The notes under the pieces are model-generated. The model ran no database searches. It was not told where the DNA came from and was given only the letters and a program-made list of their open reading frames with translations. Both the position numbers and the translations under genes were made by a program. From a virus (Duplodnaviria; Heunggongvirae; Uroviricota; Caudoviricetes), in the IMG/VR virus record IMGVR_UViG_2558860170_000002: a stretch of 37,042 nt of DNA; one strand, written 5' to 3'. Positions 28,566-37,042 of the stretch are shown here, in pieces. Positions within the stretch are counted from its first letter, which is position 1. Every line of letters begins with the position of its first letter.

Positions 28566-30872
28566 GACTATACGAGTACTAAAACTCTTGCTGCAAAATA
28601 TGCTGGTTCGAAATGGACAAATAAATTTCTTGGTAAGGGTATTGTTAGTATCAGTACCGTTATCTTAAAAACTCAAGATTCATTAGAAAATAATATTCTT
28701 GTTAATGATCAATTCGCTTTAACTGTAGAAATGAAAGGGCAGGTGATTTATGATTTTGTTGATGGTACTTATAAAGCAAGTAGTAACCCTCCTTCAATTA
28801 TCTATGATTACTTAACAAATTCAATCTATGGTATGGGTATTGATCCATCATTGATTAATACCGATACGTTTGCAGAAACCGCAGCATATTGTGATGCTTT
28901 TGAATATTATGCTAATGGTGCTATCAGTTATCAAAAAACCTATAAAGATAATATTGAAAATATCTGTCAGTCATTTGGCGGCATCATGTATGTACATGCC
29001 GGACAAATCTGTATTACCACAGACCGCAAATCGGTATCCGTAGCCTCATTTGATGAGCGTAACATGGTAGGGGCGGTACAGGTTTCTACTTCTGGCGGTA
29101 CTGACTACTTCAACGTAGTCGATTGCAAGTTTACTAACCCTGAATCGATGTACACCACTGACGTAGTACGTATCCCTTCCGATATCACTACGGATGAAGC
29201 AGTACAGCATGATGGACAGGTCATAGCATTATCACGCGATTACTCATGGTCATATGATCAAGAGGTGATTGCAAAAATGGCTAACGTTGATGTACTCAAG
29301 GCTAAGTATGCCCTGCGTACTATCAGCTTCACCACAAGTGAAGGTTGGGATCTCGAAGTATGGGATGCGATCAATGTCAGCAATGAAGAACTCGCTATCT
29401 CAGGCAAATTTAAAGTACTCAATAAAGATATCAGCACCGATCAAGAGAACGTTGGCTATGTAACCATCACGGCAGTAGAAGCACCTGATGCAATGTATGA
29501 TGGTATTGATCCGGGTATCTGGTCGCCTGGTGGGGTAATTAACTTCCCTGAACTACAGGTACTACCGCCAACGAACCTACAGGCAGTACGTAAGGGGAAT
29601 ACTACTTCTGGTTCAATCGTGGATCTTACCTGGGATGCTTCACCAGATCCGTATCTGCGTGGGTACTATGTTTACTACCGTCTTAACGGTTCCAGTACCT
29701 GGACGTATGCGGGGCAGACTGGCGTACAGAAGCTTGATTATGAATTATTTGGATTGTCTGATACTGCAAGCTACGACTTTTCGGTAGAGGCTTACAACAA
29801 CTTAGGGCTGGTATCCAAGAAGCTTTCCCTAACTGGCATTGTTCCAACATTCAACTTTGCACTACCTGCGGTAACGCGTGTAGTACTGACAAATAAAACA
29901 GAATCAGCGTATGTAACTGACTCACCAGATTTCAATATTGCCTGGGATTCACAAAAAGATATCAGAGTGAATAACCGATCATTTAGTGAGTACTTCAAGT
30001 ATTACGTTATTAAAATCTATGACGGTACTAAATTAGTAGATACATTCTATACGCAAAGTAATGCCTTTAATTTCACTCTTGAAATGAACCGTCTGAAAGT
30101 ACGTAAGCCTACCATTGGTATTATCGCACAGGGATTTAATGATGGTACATATTCAGAGGAAGTGAAAATAACCGTAGAGAATAAACAGTGTGGTTTAGTA
30201 GAGGATGTTAGCTTTACGGGTGGTTTTGGTAATTTGTTTGCTTCATGGACTAAATCTACTGAACGTGATTATGCAGGTGCGATTATCAGTATTGTTAATG
30301 GTACTAATACACGTATATTCACCAGTTATGCACCTGAATTTGATTCAATACCAAACATCACTGATGGTGAGTATAAGGTTAAGATGGGATTCTTTGATGT
30401 GTTTGGTACTGATGATATTCAATATTGTCCAGAACAAACAATCAGTATCAACTCCAAGTACCAGTTTACCGAAGATGATGCAGAGGCAATTAACGGGATT
30501 CTTGATTTAGAAGATCGCCTGACTGGTACCATTAATGATGCGGTCAAAATTGCCAATAAGAATACCAGTACTGTTATCAGTGCATCAGAGGCACGTACCA
30601 ATGATAAAATCACTGCCAGTGAGAAAACGTTAAGTACTCAGATCACTGGGGTAAATAGTTCCTTATCACAGAAACTTAGCACCGTTGAAAGTACTGCCAA
30701 TGGTAACAAGGCCAGTATCCAGACACTATCCCAGACGGTAACGGATAACAACAAAGCTCAGACTACAGCAGTCTCACAGCTACGTAGTGATGTGAATGGA
30801 CAGATTGCCACTGTTAACCAGTCAATGAGTACTAAAGCCGATAAATCTACTGTAGATGCTCAGTACTCACTA
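28566..30872 (+). pseudogene. J-like host-specificity protein, central portion
   Basis: About 769 aa with a fibronectin-III-like segment (LTWDASPDPYLRGYYVYYRLNGSSTWTY) and a Ser/Thr-rich C-terminal region. The stop codon is supplied by the IS911 terminus at 30873. Confidence 0.6.
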
Positions 30873-30880
30873 TGAAGTGG

Positions 30881-32049
<1,169 letters not shown>

Positions 32050-32076
32050 TGGAGCACCTGTGTTGTTCTGAGGTGA

Positions 32077-32607
<531 letters not shown>

Positions 32608-32764
32608 TAAATAATTCAGGGATTATTAACTGTAACCTCATTTCAAAAGGATACATAAATGAAATCTAATGAACGTACTTTCAATAGTACCAGTACTAAC
32701 CCATTCAGTATTAGCGGAAAAGAAACAATTGGAATGAAGAAAAGGATTTACAGGAGTAAGAGCT

Positions 32765-33061
32765 ATGGCACAGGGATTACAATGTTGGAATGCAGCGGGT
32801 GTATTAGTAGTAGATCTGACTGATTATAACATACGTTTTATGGGTACTTATACTGTCAAGGCTACTTCTGCACAGACCTATACTGTATCAGTACCAAATA
32901 TGAAAACTACAGGCTGGTTTGTACACTATGCCCCCGCCAGTGATACCTTTAATGAGTGGTCAGCCTTTTGTAATAATGGGTCATTTACTGCGGTTTATTT
33001 GCCAACATATGCACCGTTAGCTGGTAACTACACTTTTAACGTATATAAGTGGACGGCGTAA
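32765..33061 (+). CDS. hypothetical tail-associated protein (98 aa)
   Basis: Its N-terminus is paralogous to the next gene (MA.G...N.AG.L..D.T). Confidence 0.4.
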   Translation: MAQGLQCWNAAGVLVVDLTDYNIRFMGTYTVKATSAQTYTVSVPNMKTTGWFVHYAPASDTFNEWSAFCNNGSFTAVYLPTYAPLAGNYTFNVYKWTA

Positions 33062-33062
33062 G

Positions 33063-33719
33063 ATGGCAGGTTTCGAGGTATATAATTCAGCGGGTGCACT
33101 GACTATAGATAGTACTAACAAGTCGATAATGACGGGTGCAGTAAAGGCCATGGGAAATCTAACTGATACGGGATACTACACAGGCTTTACCTGTGCCTTC
33201 GGTAATGGTGGATCGCTCGGTTTCGTTATGCCATCAGTAGTAGCTAACAGGAACACAACACAGTACTGGTTCCAGATACAGAAAGACGGGGCATGGTGTT
33301 TCCCTGGTGCCTATATGTTCCAGCCTGGCATGGGCAGGTTCATGACAAGTAGTCACACGGCTACCCCCACATCTGGTTTTCTTGATGTGTTCAGTGAAGA
33401 AGGTACTTTAATCTGGTCTGCTGCATCAGCGGCAACAATGCCACGTATCAGGGGATTTTTGACAGCACCTGCGGCTACCGATCTCAGTACTGCCATTACG
33501 GTAACGTCTCCAGTAGCTGATCCCTGGTTCTGCTGGTCACAATGTCCGGGGAACATATCAGATGATGGTACAGTAATTGGGTACTCTGGTCTGGTTATCA
33601 GGCGTAATTCCAGTACTTCATTCAGTCTACAGTACGTTTCAAAGAACCAGAAAACCTACCGCCAGGCAATGGGGAATAATGGTATCCAGATAGCATTGGC
33701 GACATTTACAGGGTATTAA
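33063..33719 (+). CDS. hypothetical tail-associated protein (218 aa)
   Basis: Paralogous N-terminus to 32765-33061; downstream of the J-like gene. Confidence 0.45.
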   Translation: MAGFEVYNSAGALTIDSTNKSIMTGAVKAMGNLTDTGYYTGFTCAFGNGGSLGFVMPSVVANRNTTQYWFQIQKDGAWCFPGAYMFQPGMGRFMTSSHTATPTSGFLDVFSEEGTLIWSAASAATMPRIRGFLTAPAATDLSTAITVTSPVADPWFCWSQCPGNISDDGTVIGYSGLVIRRNSSTSFSLQYVSKNQKTYRQAMGNNGIQIALATFTGY

Positions 33720-33756
33720 TACAATAACAATAACAATAACAATAACAATAACAACA
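33717..33756. repeat. hexanucleotide microsatellite (AATAAC), about 5-6 copies
   Basis: Direct reading: tAATAC AATAAC AATAAC AATAAC AATAAC AATAAC AACAAAGGG, ending 13 bp upstream of the ATG at 33770. Confidence 0.9.
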
Positions 33757-33769
33757 AAGGGATTTCAGT

Positions 33770-34042
33770 ATGGATATCGGTGCTATTTTAGCTCTTGTTA
33801 TTTCTGGATGCGTATTCCTTTATACTATCTTTAGAGATAATACAAAGGATACGAATGATCTATTAACTCGCGTTGCTACTCTTGAAACTACCATTGCTGT
33901 ACTGGAAAGTAGTATTTCCCGTATTGAGGATGATCAGGATAAGATGAGAGATACACTAAGTAAACTGGAAACACAAATCCATGAACTTGATGTTAAGATT
34001 GAAAGGATTATTGCAATTCTTCAGCAGAAACAACGACCATAA
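33770..34042 (+). CDS. small membrane-anchored coiled-coil protein (holin- or i-spanin-like)
   Basis: N-terminal transmembrane helix (ILALVISGCVFLYTIF) then a coiled coil of about 60 aa; adjacent to the endolysin. Confidence 0.4.
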   Translation: MDIGAILALVISGCVFLYTIFRDNTKDTNDLLTRVATLETTIAVLESSISRIEDDQDKMRDTLSKLETQIHELDVKIERIIAILQQKQRP

Positions 34043-34085
34043 AAAAAGGCATAGTATGTCATTCGTACTATGCCTTTTCTTTATT
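34041..34085. terminator. bidirectional rho-independent terminator
   Basis: A7, then GGCATAGTA stem, 9-nt loop, TACTATGCC, then TTTTCTTTATT. Lies between the convergent genes at 33770-34042 and 34081-34530. Confidence 0.65.
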
Positions 34086-34530
34086 TGTTTTTAAGTACTG
34101 CAATCATGGAATTCACACGGTTTGGTGTCTGCCTGTACCATAGAGAACACTTAGCCTGTTTAATTGCTTCAAGGTAATCATGTGCTTTCAGGGCTGCTAA
34201 CATCTTACGGAATTTCTTCACCCCGCCAATACCTAACTGGAAGGTCATGATAATAATAAAATCATTCCAGTCATCGGGAAGATTTAACCCTAATGTCTGT
34301 ACCTGCATAATTGTTTTGGCTAAATCGCGAGATAGTAACTTGTCTGCTTCGCTTTCAGTAATGCCAGTACTAAAATCTTCTCCCGCCTGAATTAAGTGAC
34401 CATATCCAATAGTACTACATCCTAAACTATCAGCATATGGATAGAATTTCCCATTTCTGAAGTACTTCAAATTTGCCTGATACTCTTTAGTACCTTCATA
34501 TTCTTTTAATCGTGTTTTTAAATCGCTCAT
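34081..34530 (-). CDS. endolysin, T4-type lysozyme (glycoside hydrolase family 24)
   Basis: E...D...TIGYGH catalytic region and C-terminal SLWYRQTPNRVNSMI, which closely resembles T4 lysozyme SRWYNQTPNRAKRVI. Confidence 0.8.
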   Translation of the reverse strand: MSDLKTRLKEYEGTKEYQANLKYFRNGKFYPYADSLGCSTIGYGHLIQAGEDFSTGITESEADKLLSRDLAKTIMQVQTLGLNLPDDWNDFIIIMTFQLGIGGVKKFRKMLAALKAHDYLEAIKQAKCSLWYRQTPNRVNSMIAVLKNK

Positions 34531-34566
34531 TTACTAAATACCTATAATGAATTTATAGGAATATTT

Positions 34567-35001
34567 ATGATGAGTGAATGGAAATACTCGGATGATTGGA
34601 GCGAGGAGGAAATGTTATCCGGTGAATATGCTGGTTTCGTTTATATCTTTCAGTTTGAGGATGGTTCTAATTATGTCGGTGCTAAGCAAATCTATCAGCG
34701 GGTTAAGGATGCGAGAAAGCTAAAGCCCACTTCAAAGGAAAATGGCTGGCGTGAGTACCTCAGTAGTTCCAATGTCGTTAAAAACAAAATTGAAAATGGT
34801 GAACAGTACTCAAAAACGATTCTATGGTGCTTCGCAACTATGCGAGAGGTAATGATTGTAGAGGCAATACTGATCCTTCATCAGATGCTTAAACCGGAAT
34901 GTTTGAATCTGGCAATGATGAGTAAGATTAGATCACCAAATGCAAAGGATAAAAAAAGACTACTCGGAATAGTACAGGAACTATTGGAGTACTTGAATTG
35001 A
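34567..35001 (+). CDS. hypothetical protein, possible GIY-YIG-like motif
   Basis: GFVYIF...(9 aa)...YVG resembles the GIY...YIG spacing; downstream Arg and Glu are present. Weak. Confidence 0.3.
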   Translation: MMSEWKYSDDWSEEEMLSGEYAGFVYIFQFEDGSNYVGAKQIYQRVKDARKLKPTSKENGWREYLSSSNVVKNKIENGEQYSKTILWCFATMREVMIVEAILILHQMLKPECLNLAMMSKIRSPNAKDKKRLLGIVQELLEYLN

Positions 35002-35010
35002 GGTAAATAT

Positions 35011-35589
35011 ATGGCAAGTGGAATAAATGGGATTGGTAGTATAAGGAACTATATACAAACGCAGGGAGTTAGATTAAATAATCAATTCCAGAATGAAATA
35101 ATTAAACGTTCCAAGCTACTATCCCAAAGAATGCAGGGTGATTTGAATAATAGCGTTGACCGTGGGGCAGTGGGCTTTACTCAACGTTCCATCCTTTTCT
35201 TCTATAGAAAGGTTGGGAGAAATTCAGTTACATCGACCATCATGGTTAAAGATATTCAGGCTAAGTACCTTTATCAAGTACTGGTACAGCCAAAGGCAAT
35301 TGATAAGTTTATACCTACTTCATCTACAAGATTAACTAAGCAGGGCAACATTTCAGGACTGAAAAAGAATCTTTTAAGTGAACGATATAAGGTAGTGAAG
35401 GGTAAGAATGGTAAAGAACGATTAATTGATACCGCAAAGAAAGATACCAAGAAGAAAACCAAACGTGTAATTGGCTTACGTGAGAAGAAACAACGTCGCC
35501 TTATCTATGACTTCTATAAGGAAGCCAATGATGGTGTAAGGGTAATTATGAGCGGTATTCAGGGAACATTCAGGATAAGTAGACAATGA
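35011..35589 (+). CDS. hypothetical protein (192 aa, basic C-terminus)
   Basis: Intact ORF with backbone-like composition. Confidence 0.4.
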   Translation: MASGINGIGSIRNYIQTQGVRLNNQFQNEIIKRSKLLSQRMQGDLNNSVDRGAVGFTQRSILFFYRKVGRNSVTSTIMVKDIQAKYLYQVLVQPKAIDKFIPTSSTRLTKQGNISGLKKNLLSERYKVVKGKNGKERLIDTAKKDTKKKTKRVIGLREKKQRRLIYDFYKEANDGVRVIMSGIQGTFRISRQ

Positions 35590-35897
35590 ATTTTGAGCAA
35601 CATTATGGTGATTTAATAAGCAAGATTAAGCTAAATGGCATGACACCAGATGGTAATAGTATGCCAATTAACAAATGTTTTCTTGATAAGAAATTTCAAA
35701 AGGTCGTTAAGAAAAGTAATTATCAGATTGATAGCTATATGAACGTTATTTATGAGAAGAAGAAAGATTTCAAAGTTGGTGAAGTACTTGAATGGGAATT
35801 ACAGGGTGAAAAGATGCCTGTATTTCTAATTGAGAGTAAAAAGCTCTTTGTGAAGGGTAAACATTTTTGGGTATATGCCGTGGGGATTATTGAATGA
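35586..35897 (+). CDS. hypothetical protein (103 aa)
   Basis: Intact ORF overlapping its neighbours by 4 bp (translationally coupled arrangement). Confidence 0.4.
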   Translation: MNFEQHYGDLISKIKLNGMTPDGNSMPINKCFLDKKFQKVVKKSNYQIDSYMNVIYEKKKDFKVGEVLEWELQGEKMPVFLIESKKLFVKGKHFWVYAVGIIE

Positions 35898-36187
35898 TTA
35901 GTATATTGATTGAGTTTCTGAAGTCAGGATTGGATTTTTTCATTAAGAAGAAAACTATTGAACAGGAAGTAAAGAAAACGAATGTAGAAGGGCAGATTGA
36001 AACGAATAAAGAAGAGATTGAAAAGGTAACATTCCACTGGCGTAATGCCCTCGGTTTTGTACTAACCCTTATCATTCTCTATAACTGGATCATAGTACCA
36101 GTACTTGATGCTTTTGGAATTATTGTGATCCAAGTTCCATTAGGACAACTTTTGCAAGTGCTATTGATTATGGTTGGTGGAAGCTGA
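35894..36187 (+). CDS. putative holin-like membrane protein
   Basis: Charged N-terminal region followed by two hydrophobic helices at the C-terminus; lies in the lysis region. Confidence 0.35.
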   Translation: MISILIEFLKSGLDFFIKKKTIEQEVKKTNVEGQIETNKEEIEKVTFHWRNALGFVLTLIILYNWIIVPVLDAFGIIVIQVPLGQLLQVLLIMVGGS

Positions 36188-36247
36188 AAGATTTTTCCTT
36201 TAATATGTGTTTTGAGTTAATAAAATAGCAATCTAAGGATTTGATTT

Positions 36248-37042
36248 ATGAGTGATGCAATTACTACAGCAGCAATAAAAAAATTGTATGGACTATCCGC
36301 TGGGCAATGTAATATTTGCCGAACTTCTCTTTTTAAAGAGCAGGTTCACATCGGACAAATGGCTCATGTAATAGCCAAAAGCCCAAAAGGACCAAGGGGC
36401 GATGACCTGTTAGCAAATGACAATTCTTATGAAAATCTTATCCTGCTTTGTGCAAATGATCATATTCTTGTTGATAGAGATCCATTCACTTATACAGTAG
36501 AAAAATTGCATCAAATCAAAAGTGAACATGAGGCTTATATACAGGGTGCAACCGATAATACATTATTTTCAGATAAAAAAAGACAGTCAGATGTGGACTT
36601 TTTAAACGCTTACTTCCACTTTACACCGTTTGCGAGGGTACGTTCATTAGTTGAAACTTTACCTAATTCTTTTCACATCAATCTTCTTATTTTTGGAGAT
36701 CAGTTTGATAGTATTTTAAGGGATTTTCCAGCGAGCTATCCTTTAAATGATAAATTACTCCACGGTCATTTCCAAAGTTTTATTGATTCGTATAAAAATA
36801 TTGATTTTATCATATCTGGACATTTGCCGATTTCCGATAATAGAAACATTCAGGTGTTTGGTGGTGCGAATCATAATCTTCTTTGTCATTTCAATTATGA
36901 TGAGCTACCATCCGATAAAGCACTGATAATAGAACAAGATTTGATTTCACATAAAATATCTCTTCTTAATGCTTATGAAGGTCTTATAAATTACCTTAGA
37001 GCTTATTACCCTGAGGTGGAAATTTACTCTCCTATTCTATGA
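36248..37042 (+). CDS. HNH-domain protein with uncharacterised C-terminal domain of about 170 aa
   Basis: N-terminus C-N-I-C...HIGQMAHVIAKSPKGPRGDDLLANDNSYENLILLCANDH fits C-x2-C...H...N...C-x2-H. The gene is very AT-rich with a single GTAC in 795 bp, and ends exactly at the window edge with a stop codon. Confidence 0.5.
   Translation: MSDAITTAAIKKLYGLSAGQCNICRTSLFKEQVHIGQMAHVIAKSPKGPRGDDLLANDNSYENLILLCANDHILVDRDPFTYTVEKLHQIKSEHEAYIQGATDNTLFSDKKRQSDVDFLNAYFHFTPFARVRSLVETLPNSFHINLLIFGDQFDSILRDFPASYPLNDKLLHGHFQSFIDSYKNIDFIISGHLPISDNRNIQVFGGANHNLLCHFNYDELPSDKALIIEQDLISHKISLLNAYEGLINYLRAYYPEVEIYSPIL

Noticed and set aside
29269-30613. Small ORFs inside the J-like gene (29269-29463, 29792-29998, 30205-30510, 30419-30613)
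   Set aside because: They are embedded in or antisense to the long J-like reading frame; hydrophobic low-complexity translations with no start context.

Overview
This window is about 37 kb of an AT-rich, siphovirus-type prophage with a lambdoid gene order, and it looks defective because four IS elements have been inserted into it. The left part (1-10.1 kb) holds early and accessory genes; the rest is a packaging, head, tail and lysis module: small and large terminase, portal, a fused prohead protease-scaffold-capsid protein, two paralogous tail proteins, tape measure, L/K/J-like tail tip genes, endolysin and holin-like genes. The IS elements are an IS21-family element (5241-7370), two identical IS2 copies in inverted orientation (11001-12331, 27230-28560) and IS911 (30873-32121). 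Each has an intact target-site duplication and each splits a gene whose two halves are still in frame: an EAL-like gene, the large terminase, and the J-like tail tip gene (twice). That IS load is typical of Escherichia/Shigella. The most interesting signals are (1) a several-fold excess of the tetranucleotide GTAC across the phage backbone, by hand count, and (2) three GTAC-poor, very AT-rich insertions that look like separately acquired cargo: 2134-4358 (McrA-like HNH nuclease plus two membrane-anchored proteins), 24566-25138 (a reverse-strand gene inside the tail module) and 36248-37042 (an HNH-domain protein). These are candidate defence or exclusion genes, but that is inference from motifs and context only. 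No tRNA, rRNA, CRISPR array or integrase was found. All coordinates and motif calls were made by eye and need confirmation by database search.
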